Source: Styela clava
Taxonomy: Eukaryota
NCBI RefSeq assembly: GCF_964204865.1
Contig: NC_135257.1
Span: 20,088,001-20,152,000, forward strand
DNA: 64,000 nucleotides
Direction of reading: 5' to 3'
How positions within the stretch are numbered: position 1 is the stretch's first letter; each line of letters begins with the position of its first letter. A program made the position numbers and the translations under genes. Shown in pieces: positions 28,505-41,397 of this stretch. The notes beneath the pieces are model-generated. The model ran no database searches. It was not told the DNA's origin and saw only the letters and a list, made by a program, of their open reading frames with translations.

Positions 28505-31500
28505 TTTAATAAAACAAAAATGAAAAAGAAAAATTTTAAACCATAAAAAATTCTTCATATTTCTTTTCTAGTTAGTATTTCATCCTCGCACATGAAAAAA
28601 AATGATTCCATTCAACATTTGTTGAGAATGTATCGTTTTTGGATTGAATTTGTAATATAGAACAAGAGAACGATGCTCAAATATATGTATAGGGACCAAA
28701 AAGAAGCAGTAGTTCCCCTCACCTTTTACAGTAATGGTACCGTCGAAAATCTTCCGATTTTTACGTAGCAAGAAAGTTGTACGAGAGAGGTTGGAGAAAC
28801 GCTACAAATAATTTGTAATAATTTTAAAGAGGTCATCAAACAAAATTTCAAGATCACAGGAAGTTTGAAAAAAAAAATGAAAATAATGGCCTTTTAGCAA
28901 AAATAACAGTCTTTATCCACTGAAAATTTCTAAGTAGTTGAGAGTTTATGAAAAAGGCGATTTTTTCCATACGGTGATAACAAGAAGAAAAATACCAACA
29001 AGAATAATAATAACAAAACGATCCATGGGTCTACTTCGTGTACATTGAGCAAACTATATTTCTTAAAACTCGTTTTAGTTAGTATTTTGAACATAAGAAG
29101 ATGCCATTTATCACTTTTTTATATGTACAATTTCATTACAGACTATAACACACTGGCAATATATAGTTAAAATTCGTGAATGTTACAGCAGTCTTGCTTC
29201 AGTTGTCCTAACAATATCTTTTATTTTTACTTTATTATTATATTGCACAGCATAATGTGCGTGGATATTGGATAAGTTGTGAACATGATGAGCGTAAAAA
29301 TACCAGTAAATCGTCTAATGCTGATATTTAATAGCTCTTGTAAGAACGAACAAGAATTTGAGCGCCATTTTGAATTGGAGATATAATACGGTTATTGTGC
29401 TGGCATGCTAACATCGGTGAAAATATTTTATCATAAGAATCATTACGAAACTGAAAAATTCTTAATCTAGTATATGATAATGTTTGGTAAATATGAGGTC
29501 TATTTTTAAGTAAATTATAAACAAATGGTAAACGTTTGGTATGTTAACTGCGAGCAAACTACTTAACTTTCTTTTATGCTTTTGATTGCGTGGATCCTCA
29601 TGCACTCAATGCAAGGATGCTGTCCGCAGAAAAAGTTAAGATAAATATTATATGCAAAAAATATTAATAGAGGTCTGAGGATAAAATTGAGCTATAAAAA
29701 TCATGCGAACAAATATTTCCTCGTGAATATTGATATTTAAAAAGGAACTAATCAACAGATATGAAAAATTTAAAACATTACATGACCTGTCATTTTCATA
29801 AAAAAAACGATCAAAAACTGATAAAGAAAAAGTAAAATAGACTAAAATGTTTAATTAAGTCTTTTTGAAATTTGGCATCCATTAGAAGTGACTGAAACAA
29901 GTTCATTAAATTATACAAAATAACTGCGAAGCCTGCTTTATTTGCAAATATTGGTTTAACGGGAGCTACTTGCAACATGCTGCAATGCTATAAAAGTGGG
30001 TGTAAACTTTTAACGAATTTTATTGGCTAACAAAATGTATAAATTCTCTAAAAATAAACGGTTTAAGTAAGCCTCCGGACACAATACCAAGCATTCGATT
30101 TTTTTCCGGTTGCCATGGTAATTGGATATTTAACAAAAAATGAAATTTTTGAATTCCTGTGATAAATTCAGTTTATGATATCGTTAATAAATTCAAAGCG
30201 TTTTTCTGAAATTATTCATCGTAGAAAGCCATGATGTCATATTTTTCTTAAATGATTATGAGCCAGTTAGGATGAGATTTTTTATATTTATCCCGGGACG
30301 AAGAAAGCCATGGAGACGACATGATCATACGGCGAATCACGGCCCTTCGTCTAGTTTATGCCGGGGAATGGGAATAGTTGAAAAGTTATTTGTTTCGGAT
30401 ACAGCAACTAGGTATTTTTAAAATAAATTTTCAAAATTGTGGTCAACGCCCAAGTGTTTTGATGCTTTAGTCAAATTTGTCAAATTTTTTTGAAATATAT
30501 TTATAATAGAAAAAAAAAGATAGTATATATCCCGCATTTCGTTATACATGATGTAAGTTATGACGTAATTTAGCCATAATAGTCGATGCTATTCAATCAA
30601 ATATGTATTAAGCATTTCTTGATGCATGATGGAAGTTATTACGTCATTTAGCCATAATTGTCGATGCTATTTAATCAAATACTATTGATAAAAACTATTA
30701 TTCTTCATTTCCCTAAAAATTTATTTTTACACAATGTTCAGGTTTTTAGCCCCCTATTTTCTTTTTTATCTGTATCTTGTTATACACCAAATATTGAAAA
30801 TATCTATCACAAAAGGCGGCCACGTATGTTGATGCAAATCTCTTTTAAGCTTCAAAAATTCAACCATATCCTTGACAAGACAAATAATATTTAACAATCT
30901 GATAAGAATTTATTCCGAATATAAATTTATATGTGATATGTAGTAAATTAACGAAAAAGGACACGTGGCTTAGCTGAGTTTTACATTAAGCAAACAGTAT
31001 AAGATTTAGTAAGATAAGGTCTAAAATAGCAATGTACTCGAATCCAAAAATTTGATCTTAAAAAAGACAGTGACTATCACCAAAATTTGATCGTGAGAAA
31101 AGGGTGTGAGCGCCACCAAGTGCCAAACGGAGACAGTCTTTCTAAAGACTCGATATTTCTTTTCGAATTGGTTGATGCGTGATAAATTTATTGCCTTAGC
31201 TTTCGATGTATTTATATAAAAGTCAATGGTAAATTAAAATTTCAAAACTTCAAGTACAAAAATGGTTGACCGGTTTGTCTCTTTTCCTCCAATCATGTTT
31301 TGAACAGCTTGTTCTCAACTCGAGAATTGTGTGTGGAGCAGTTCTACTGGCCAGTTTGTGTTAGGGGAAACGGGATCAATTTGTAGCTACAAACAAACGT
31401 TTGTTTGGTATATTACACTTATAGATTCTCAAAATGTCATCCGCGCACTTCAGAGCAGTTTCCTAACCTAGAATTTCAAGCTCGTGTAGCGTTTTAAGGG

Positions 31501-32701
31501 TTAACTTGCGGGATATCGTTCCAATTCAACCTATACCTATACGCATTTAATTCGTGATCTCAGTCGACCTTCAAATTTTATGCTTTTCCAACGACCATCC
31601 TGTATTTAAAATGAAGTAAACATATAGATGGATTTTGTTAATTGCTTTTGTTCTTGTTGGTTGAAAGAAACTGCGCTTTCTTAGCAACAAATTGACTCAT
31701 AAATTTTAAATTTTCAGTACCTAGGATGTAAAAACAAATACTTTTGCATGCCTTATTAGATGTAAAGTTGACAAAAAATCAGTGGGTTTCTCGAATCTCG
31801 TTTCTCGATCAATGAAAGTTTGTTGCATTCATTATGACTTGGGTAATCAATCTGAGGTTTTTCTCATCTTTGTAAGGACTTTCTCAACTTCCATAAAGAT
31901 CTCATCAGAGCACGATGCCAAAATATTTGGGCACAAAGATCGCGCATCGGCACCCAGTTTTCTGAAAAGATCCACAGACAAGCGTGAAAAAATAATATGT
32001 TCCCATAGGTCACGAATTAAAATAAAAGCAAAATATGTTGTGAAAAATATCGGATCCCATAAGACTAGTGGTATTTTTAAAACAAGAAGAGTAATGCCCT
32101 TTTGGCGATGTCCAAAAAATTTGAAATCCATTGATCTTTTGGCTGTGGAGAAAAGCGTTTTTTTTTCAATGCAACAACCTTATTGAGGACAATACCGGCA
32201 AAATGCAAATTGCAGTTTTTAATATCACAGTCAACACAGCGGTCATTTACGCACAACAGGCCACCCTCGAAAAAAAATTTTCTCAATATATCAAGACTAT
32301 CTTCTAGCGTTGAGTCGGTCTTGTCAGATTTGAATCAGACGTTGTCATAATAATTTCAAGCAATTTAGAACATATCCAACAGATTTTTGTCAGTAATGGT
32401 GATCTTATCTTTTCAAATCGAAATTTTGTTTTATTACACTGAATATTTGAAAGAATTTCCATATTATTTTCTAAAAATTACAGTGTTGCTCATAAACATA
32501 CATTACAGCGTTATATAATTTGACATTTTCATCTGAGATAAAATCTAAATTTATGCAAATTAATAGTTTGGGGTCAAACGAGTTTTTTTTAATATTACTC
32601 CATGACATTGCAGAAATATTTCTCCATGCAGTGCTTTTTCAAGAAAGTTTTTTGTGCAAAGAACTGATTGTACTTGTAAATGAAAAGGATATTGTGATAT
32701 A

Positions 32702-32892
32702 TAGGGTGTCCATAAAGTCTTAATTTTTTTTTAAATTGCAAAGGGAATTTATTGATACCATATATTGTTTTGGCCACACAGATGTATTAAATGAAGTAAA
32801 AATACTTTCACTGATTAAAAAACAACAAACCTGAATTGAGAAATGACTTCATAACAAAATTGAAATTGTAAAGGGACTTTATGGACACCCTG
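32702..32892. mobile_element. Tc1/mariner-like MITE, TA TSD (copies ~22095-22286, 60537-60751; fragment at start of each 962-bp unit)
   Basis: ta|tagggtgtccataaagtc ... gactttatggacaccctg|ta. Confidence 0.85.
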
Positions 32893-34414
32893 TATTGTAT
32901 TGTCGATACCATACAAATAAACTTTGAGGAAAAATGTTGCTCAATCAATTTCAGATTATCAGTACGAGAAGATGGAAGATTTATTTGAAAGCTATTACTT
33001 CTATTTTTTTTACGTATTTCTGAATCCTACGGGACCTGATATTTTACTCAAAACTTTGCCGATTTTTTTTTGCATATTTTTGTCGGTAATGGTAATTTTA
33101 TCACTTCAAATCAAAATTTTGTATTATCAACTGAATATTTGAGAGAATTTCCATATTATTCCCTAAAAAATTACACTGTTGTTATATATTAGTTACATCG
33201 CTATATATATATTTTCATCCGAGATAAAATTTAAATCTACGTAAATTAATAGTTTGAGGTCAAACGAGTTTTTTTTTCAAATATTTGTCCTTGACATTGA
33301 CCTAAGTTCAGTGCTGTTGTGAAGTGCTGTTGTGAATTTTTGTGAAATTTGTGCAAACATCTAATTGGGACACTTGTGAATAAAAAGGAATTTGTGATAT
33401 ATTGTGGATTACAATATTAATAAATTTTGGGAAAAATTTTAAATTTTTAGTTTGAGAAATGGGAAGAAATGTTTGAAAGCTACTACTTTTGCGTTTATAC
33501 TTATTTCTGACGCCTACGGGGCCTGATATTCCACCCAAAATTTTGCTGTTTTTTTTTAATTCATGTTAACATTCTTTGACATTTCAACCTTGTGTCAAAG
33601 TATATGAAAATTACTCTTTTCTATCCTAATATAAAACCTGGCCAATATGTCAGCATATATTTGCACACAATGATATCACTGTGTGCAACTGTTGTTCGTT
33701 GTTTCAACGTTTCGTGGGTATACTCCCGTAGTGTGTTTACCAGGTTAGGGCTAGGCCATAAATTTATTCCGTTTTCTTATTTTAATTCTATTAGGACTTT
33801 GGGGCAGTATTTGTTAGCCAAGTGAATATACCCCCTGCCCATAGGCTTCAGTTCCTTTACACAACTTGATGTAAAGTAGGCGAACAAATTAGTTACCTCC
33901 ATATTGGTACACACGTCGTTTCGTGAGTTCAAATATAAGATAAAATCAACAATATTCAAGTGCAAATTTTCTTGCGTCAAAAATTGATTGCAATACTTAT
34001 GAGTAATTTATTGCAGTAGTGCCCGATTCTTAAACCGTCACGTATCTGTATATATATTTCAATTTTTTTGGACACGTTAGTGCACACACCGATCGTTTTG
34101 CATTATTGTTGTTCTTGTTCTTATTTGTATTCTTCTTGGCATTGTTATGGAAAAATCGCTTTTCTCATTGATTACTGGACCATTTGTTTTGAAATTTTCA
34201 GAAAGTAAAGATTATATTTTTGCTAGAAGGCTATTACTTTCATTTATTTCTAAATTTTGTATGAAATCTGATATTTGTACAAAATTTTGCTGTTTTATTT
34301 TATCCCATGGAACACTGGTTGTCCGGTTTGATTTTGTAAATCCTTGTTACACGAAACTCGGAATTTTTTTGAGGGTACAAGTAGCGTCAAAGGTAAGGAC
34401 TGCTTCGCTCTGCG

Positions 34415-34757
34415 GCTCGGCGGTGTGACACATCGTGCTAAGCGTTAGGAATACGCTCGCCACCGCATCTCTGATTACCCTTCGTAGGATCGCAGTTTAG
34501 AATCCCATGCGGGGATGATCATGTGCAAGAGGATTGCTGGACTCCTCGCCGCCGTAGGGTGGTTCACGTAACCGCTGGTCGGTTACGGTTTCCTCCACCA
34601 TCAAGTCCATGCTTCTGAAAACAAATAACTGGCTAACTAATCCCATACCCGACCTGGACTGGTAACCGGACGAGAGGCCTTGTTTCGCCATATGATTAAG
34701 TCGTCTTACCGACTTTTTCGCTCCCACGGGAAAAATATGTAAATCCTATCCTATCCT
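34415..34757 (+). mobile_element. tRNA-derived SINE, full length (truncated copies ~260-385 +, 24900-25012 -, 30266-30405 -)
   Basis: A-box-like tgtgacacatcgtgctaagcg, B-box-like gtttagaatcc, central ggtttcctccacc, 3' body ctaactaatcccatacccga...catatgattaag.cgtctta, (ATCCT)n tail. Confidence 0.8.
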
Positions 34758-35165
34758 GGTTAACGTGTCCATATATTTGATCATTGCTCTTTTGTTATTC
34801 ATACGATCAAACATGAATGTAAAATTTTATTCCCAAAGACACGCAAGAATATATATTGATGCTATTATTCCTTCATGATAATTTGCCTAAGTGCAAGACT
34901 TATTTCACCTATATGCCCAACCTTAACAAGACAGCACTGCTCAAGTATATAGACACGAAGACCAAAACAAAGCGGTATGAGATATTTTGCAACACCGGCA
35001 ATCGTCAGTACCAACAACAATAACGGCAACAATAACTCAACAAACGACCCATAGGTCCATTTCGTATCCAATAATATCTTTGTGAAACAATTATACATGA
35101 TTTCAGCTTTTTCGAAGGTATAAAAATGCAAATACAAACTTGTCACTAATGCAACATGTTAAAAC

Positions 35166-35406
35166 CAGGGGTGTGCAACATGTTTTGTATGCGGTCCGTA
35201 TCAACAACTTCAGACATCAAAGTTTAGTTTTTTAACGCAGCGACAAAGGCAAAAAATATGTATTTTTACTCATATGAGCGTTTTTTAAACGTAAACTTGT
35301 GGATTAGAATTTTATGCTTGATAGGAGTGTTGACCCGGGACCGGGGCCACATTAAATGACTTGGAGGGCCGGTTTGTGGTCCGCGGCTACTTGTTACGCA
35401 CCCCTA
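35166..35406. mobile_element. hAT MITE
   Basis: caggggtgtgcaac ... gttacgcaccccta; TSD gttaaaac/ttttaaac. Confidence 0.7.
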
Positions 35407-35442
35407 TTTTAAACCGTTTATATGCGCCATTGTATATTAGGG

Positions 35443-35722
35443 TAGTGGTTTGCAACTTTGTTGATTGATTCATCCCTATTTTATAACTCTTCATTCCTCT
35501 TTCATTGCACATCAACTTTATTTTCCTATGTTATTCACTCTTCAATAGATCATAAGTGAGTGATACGCGTTTTTACTCTGGCCTCTGTGCGTTTTTATAA
35601 GTTCATGATATGTGCATATACTGTATATGTATTTATGATAAAACCAAATAAACCAAAAACATTAGCAAATGCAAAATAGTAAAATATCCTCCCTCAGAAC
35701 CTTACTGGTTTGGGGAACACTG
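35443..35722. mobile_element. hAT MITE
   Basis: tagtggtttgcaac ... tttggggaacactg; TSD tattaggg/tatcaggg. Confidence 0.7.
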
Positions 35723-36706
35723 TATCAGGGAAAATTATGAGCGTGAATCTCAAACACCATTTCGCCGAGATATATTTGCAATGAAGTAACATAGGACATT
35801 TCACATTGTACTTGTGCATTGGTATCTTTTGGTATAATCTAGGAAAATTATTCTTTTCCGCGTTTATTTTCATTCAGCATTGTAGACTTTGAAAATAAAC
35901 AGAAACGGTAATAAAACAAAGCTACATCATTAGACCAGATTGTACTTTGTAAAAATTGCTATTATCAAACAATATTAGCATATGAATATAATTGACATAC
36001 AGAAATAAATAAATATAAAAGTATAAACTCCAAGTGGCTTTAAATCATTTTCAACAAAGCAAGCTTGTTTTCAATTATTCAATTTGACGCATATTCAAAT
36101 CGCAAACTCTCCTAAAAATGAATATGACATGATAAATAAATATGTTTTACTCTTTTTCGTGGTTGTTTGTTTACGGTTCAATTTTGTTTTGAAAGTTTTC
36201 ATAACAACTTTGGAGCATTAATTCGAATTTTTTGATTGTTTGACGGCTCTAGACTTCCGGGTTGTTATAGTGTTTTCATAATCTCTAGGGTCGAAACCTA
36301 AATATACAAAAATTTGAGTGGCAGCAAAGAGATTGCGAAGGAGGATCTTAGCAGCTTTTTGATGGCATTCGAATCTGAACTGTGGTTGTATTTACGAATT
36401 GTTCGGAGATCGAGTCAAAATTTTGACGTTCTGACATATTGATTTTAGATTTAGGAATTTTTCAAGGGAATTTTAATGTCGAAACATCAGAGTTTTAACA
36501 TTAAAAACTGTTTTGTCATGATAAATTGACCTCGGATTCGAATTTTATTGACCCGGAGTACAAATTGCTTGTCAATCTATCATTTAAATCAGTTTTCACT
36601 TGTGTGAGTTGTGTTTCAACGTCGGAGTCAAATAATTTTATAAATCCGGAGTATAAGTGGGTTTATGAATTAGGATTGTTGGATTTTTCTCCACAGGTCT
36701 GTGTAG

Positions 36707-38485
36707 CTAATCCAGGATATCACTGACCAATTTCGAAAATGAGGTTTCGCTAATAAAATGATCATCATTAGCATAGTGTGTCTGTTTCACAATGGTTGGT
36801 TCGAATGCAAGAGCATTGAGATTCTTTGTTGGAAAATAATCATTGATATACGCTAAGGGCTGTTTACCATACATGACTGGAAGAAACTCATCCACTGCAA
36901 TGATTTTACTTAACGGTTCGGCATCGATTAATTTTTTTGCCCCAGCGTAGGATATCACGTAAGATATGGTTCCGTAAGAAATTTCTGCTTTCACCAAGTT
37001 AGGACCACTGTCATTTTCTAATATCACGAGTTCCTCCGGTCCTTTCTCCTCCACTGGCTGTCTTCCTAAATAAATAAAATCCCATGAGATTTTCTCTTTT
37101 CTTACTTTTTCCATAACTTGTTTAAATTTTTGTATAAATTTTGGTTTGAATCTAATATCGTCTTCAAAAATAATAGTAGATTCGTATTTCTTTTCCAAAA
37201 TCTCTTTCCAAATGAAATAATGACTCAAGAAGCAGCCAATTTCACCCACAGTTATATCGCTATCGTCATCCGGATTTTTGTAACCTGGAAGTATTTTGAT
37301 GCCGAGACTATCCAAATAACTTTTGTTTAGTTTCTCTCCATCAACAGCCTCAAATAATGTGTAATTGATTCCATACATTGCGAAGCTTCTGGTCATCCGT
37401 AATCTGCGATCGCGCATTCGTTCTAAACTAACAACAAATACATGATCAACTAGTAAATCGGCGATAACATTCTTATCTCGAACGTGAAAAGACTTTCTTA
37501 ATGATATTCCAACGCCTTTTGGAGGTTTTGTCATAGCGTCCATCCTCATTCTCAAAAAATTGTAAGTTTCATCTTCTAGATCTTCGTCATTGTGTTGTGG
37601 TTCTGGTAAATACCCATAAAAGACGGAATTGTCAATATACATATGAACGCCCTTTAAATCACACTGGTAACGAAAAATCATGTTATCATTAAAATTGTAG
37701 TCGTAACAGGGTGGAATTGGTAAAAATCTAACATTTTCCGAATCTTCATTTCTCAAATTTATCAGGAATGTCGAATGTACTAATGGAACATCAAAAGTGC
37801 CAGTTTGTTCACGAGTTCTTATTTCCTCGTACAAGTCATTCTCTTCATGATGACCCTCTTCGTCTACACCACCCCAAAAATTAGAATAATCGGTATTTGA
37901 GTTCAACATGGGTGCAATGATCGTCTCAGATTTCTCAGTGAGGTAGTTTAAAGTGTATGGATTCATTAAAATATTATCAGCATCAATATATAAAATGAAA
38001 TCAACATCAATCTTTCTGGCTTTGCTCAAGGCAAATTGTCTCAGCTTAAGCAGTCGAATGTATCTATCATTTGTCCAATCTAAATCACTCCTTTGTCCGT
38101 TGTATTCAACTGGGAAATCTGGTTTCTCAAATTCAATCTTTGCATATTTGTCTTTGAAAACTTCTACCCAGGCTTCCAGTTGCTTTGTAGAGTTATCTCG
38201 ATTATGGTCAGAAACAATCCACAGCCACATCAGTTCTTTATCATATTTCAAATCTTCAAGTCCCCGTAGGAAATATGGCAACGAATGTTCCTTATTTCGT
38301 ACAAATATAGCAACAAGTATTGTTTTTTCACCTATTTTTGATTTAATGTTCTTAGCACCTCTTAACATTCTATCTCTTGCTTTCTCTTCGTATGCTGTCG
38401 TATCTTCCAACATACATGTCGTTCGTTGAATCTTCACAAAGCCAATACAGAGAATGAATATGATGCTAATTGTATTTGTAAACAT
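36707..38485 (-). CDS. COLGALT: Intronless procollagen galactosyltransferase-like protein (GT25, COLGALT/GLT25D family), paralog A, 592 aa
   Basis: First ATG at 38485 (ORF track starts at a non-ATG codon). Signal peptide-like MFTNTISIIFILCIGFV. Family motifs RNKEHSLPYFL, SDHNRDNS, YIDADNILMNP, APML...YSNFWG, VPLVHSTFLI, AVDG, GEIGCFLSHY, IFEDDIRF, WDFIYLGR, GAKKL..AEPLSK, VDEFLPVM, THY. Confidence 0.95.
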   Translation of the reverse strand: MFTNTISIIFILCIGFVKIQRTTCMLEDTTAYEEKARDRMLRGAKNIKSKIGEKTILVAIFVRNKEHSLPYFLRGLEDLKYDKELMWLWIVSDHNRDNSTKQLEAWVEVFKDKYAKIEFEKPDFPVEYNGQRSDLDWTNDRYIRLLKLRQFALSKARKIDVDFILYIDADNILMNPYTLNYLTEKSETIIAPMLNSNTDYSNFWGGVDEEGHHEENDLYEEIRTREQTGTFDVPLVHSTFLINLRNEDSENVRFLPIPPCYDYNFNDNMIFRYQCDLKGVHMYIDNSVFYGYLPEPQHNDEDLEDETYNFLRMRMDAMTKPPKGVGISLRKSFHVRDKNVIADLLVDHVFVVSLERMRDRRLRMTRSFAMYGINYTLFEAVDGEKLNKSYLDSLGIKILPGYKNPDDDSDITVGEIGCFLSHYFIWKEILEKKYESTIIFEDDIRFKPKFIQKFKQVMEKVRKEKISWDFIYLGRQPVEEKGPEELVILENDSGPNLVKAEISYGTISYVISYAGAKKLIDAEPLSKIIAVDEFLPVMYGKQPLAYINDYFPTKNLNALAFEPTIVKQTHYANDDHFISETSFSKLVSDILD

Positions 38486-39499
38486 ATTGAGATACGATCT
38501 ATAAATATAAATTGAAGTGATTAGCACGTTTTACCTAATATATTGATGTCGCAGATTACTAATATATGATCCAGCATTAGGGCTGGGCATTTTCGAATAC
38601 CTGGTGATATCAGATAATTGTAATAATTGTAAGAGACTTTGTTATTGTAATTGGTTTTGTCAACAAATGAAACAACAATAACTCACTACAGAAAATATTC
38701 ATATGTCTAAATATGCCTTCAATAAAAAAATGTGGAATTCCCCTCGACCATTGGCGGAAAGAAAAAAAAAGATGGCGGCGATTCGAAATTTTGCTCTGAA
38801 CCAATTCGAATAATTTACCATTCGATTCGAAATGCGTCCACCACCATAGCTAATGTGTTGCTAGGTGTTTATTATGCTTCAACATGAAGAGTAAATTTTA
38901 AAAGCGGATACCATCACTTCAAAACGTGATGATATTGTGCAGTGGCATTCCAACGGGGTTCATGGCCTTTGCACGGGTGACTTCTTAAGTATGAGTGGAC
39001 AGAAATTTGCTCAGAGTTAAGATGTAAAAATACTTAAACATGGGACAGTATGTAACATGACAGTTAGGTTTCATTGGAAACATTTTTGCTTAAAAGTGAT
39101 TGTTCATTAAAATAATATGATTCACTGCTTTTTCAGAGTGATAGTAGGGCAGGTGTGTTAAAAAACTACTACAATATGTTTAATTTCTTTTTGTAGTGGT
39201 TCATTTTTTAAAAAGCCATATTATGAAATGGTTTTACTAATTTAATCAACCGTATAACACGCAAATAAACGAAATTTTTATATGAAACTGCATTTATAAA
39301 ATATGAAGGCCATGGATTAATTTGCTTCTTACTACATCTCTGCATGCTGCCAATGTTTTTAATTTTATCAATCTCTAAAATACAACAGCTTATATGTGAG
39401 AAGCTATGAGTGATGAAATTTTGAATCGTATATGAAATTTATTCCACTTTGATGTGAGTCGTTGAAAAAATATTTATCTGCTCTTATATAGTTTAAAAT

Positions 39500-40000
39500 T
39501 CTTCTAACAAAAAGTCCTACAATTTGTTTATGATGCGTTTTACAAATTCATTTTTACAGTCTCTGAAAAACGGGCCAGATATCTGAATGGCTATATTTTG
39601 AAATAAGCAGATCTTGCTTTGTCTACCCAGATTAATAAATCTTGATAATTATGATTTGGCCTGAGATTTTTAACATTCAACGCCAGCATATTCAAATACC
39701 TTATAAAAAAACTTTACTCATCTTGTAATTGTTGTAAAAAGACACTTGATAAGTACATTTTGTACTGAAGAATACTTCACACACGACTAAACCTATTCCT
39801 ATACAGCATTTATTATTGAAAGGTAAAAATGCCACCAGATACTGTTTATTTAATGACCAAAGAATAAACTACATTAATTAAATCATACTTCAGCTCAGAA
39901 CAAGACTCTTTCCAACATCAAATATCGAATCAAACAATTTCTATGACAGCTGAACGTTTTACACAAAGAACTGTTACACTCTACATATCTTAATTAATCT
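39500..40000 (+). mobile_element. Possible decayed L1/Tx1 LINE 3' fragment (zf-RVT-like)
   Basis: Frameshifted remnants KTLDKYI, RILHTRLNLFLY, YCLFNDQR resemble the post-RT zinc-knuckle region; by-eye only. Confidence 0.3.
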
Positions 40001-41254
40001 CTCTGAAGTGACGGGGATGATTTGCTTCATATTCTCAGTACAAAGCCACCTATACACAATATACTTAGATACGAGATGCACTGTTGCACAACCTATCATT
40101 TTGTACATGTAGGTAATAGGCACAATATCAAAACGGTGTCTAAACAGTTTGAATAATTATCAGACAACCGGTGAATACACCCCGAGGCGATGTTTCGTGT
40201 GCAAACAATCGTCCCTTTTAAATTTATCGTTACTAGGCAATTGGGATTACTTGACGTCGGAAGTCAAAACTATTTTTTGCTCCAATATGTAGACTCAAAT
40301 AAAATGGGAAATTTACTTTTTTTTTATTGATATAGCATGTAGCAACTTTAATGCTAATCAGATGGGACATCTTCACCTTTGATATGGTCATACACGATGG
40401 CATTAATGTACGGGATCGGAATGTTATTCATTATTCTGTCAAAAAGGTCATTAAAAACACGTACAAATTTCCACAGTTAATATGCGATGCTATTCAACTT
40501 CGACTAACTAAGGGATCGCGAACGCGAAACCGCCACTAGGTGCGCTACTTTAATTTTGATGAGGTCATCACACAAGAATTCATAGTGAAAAAAGAATCCC
40601 ATTGGGCCCACAGTAATATTTGAAATAATTGACTGCCAGCGACAACAATAATCTTTAACTACCAGAAATTTCAAAGCAATAAGTTCAGTAGTTGAAGAGA
40701 AGGGGAATATTTTTCATGAAAACGATAAAAAAATCAACACTAACAACATAACAAAACGATCCATAGCACCATTTCGCATCCAAAAACTATTTATCAATAT
40801 GTTTTAAAATCTAATTTACAGATATCTTTTTATTTCTATCCTATTTAAAAAGTGTTTCTTCGTCTTCATGCTGAAAAGGGGAAATCAGCCAAGTGACGAA
40901 TGCTTGTAATCGAAGCACACGAAACAGTGCCTCGGGATATATTAACCAGTTGTCTAATTTTATTGTTTATATATTGTTTAGAATAGGTAATAGTTATAGG
41001 TACAGAATGATGCAACAGTACATCTCGTATCTGGCGTATTATGCACACAAGACTTTACATGGTACAGTATATGAACTAAACATTGACCATCATTTTACTT
41101 GAGGTTATACTTGATTGGGTGATATAGGCGGAGCCTGGCAGGTGTTTGTGACACGTTTAGCTCTCATATGAGTTGTTAGATTCCATGTTGCAAATAGTTT
41201 TGTATTGACGGTGTTAAAGTTGTGATAAAATACGGTATGACTTATATTAAAATA

Positions 41255-41299
41255 ATGTTTAAACTTCAGGCTAGGTCTTATTTTTGGGGAAACACGGTA
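41255..41299 (-). mobile_element. pogo/Tigger-like terminal fragment just upstream of paralog B
   Basis: Reverse complement reads taccgtgtttccccaaaaataagacctagc, a typical pogo-like MITE end. Confidence 0.55.
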
Positions 41300-41397
41300 G
41301 GTATGATAATTAACCAAATTTCTGATTTGCGATCTGCGAGGCCAGCATACTTTAGTCAGTCATCAACTCAATTGATATTTATAGATTGTACCTCATT

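Noticed and set aside
34420-34510. tRNA gene
   Set aside because: No cloverleaf; continues into a SINE body and tail found elsewhere in the window.
37953-38429. 158-aa antisense ORF (and 41454-41927 counterpart)
   Set aside because: Non-ATG shadows of the COLGALT coding strand; conserved only because the genes are.
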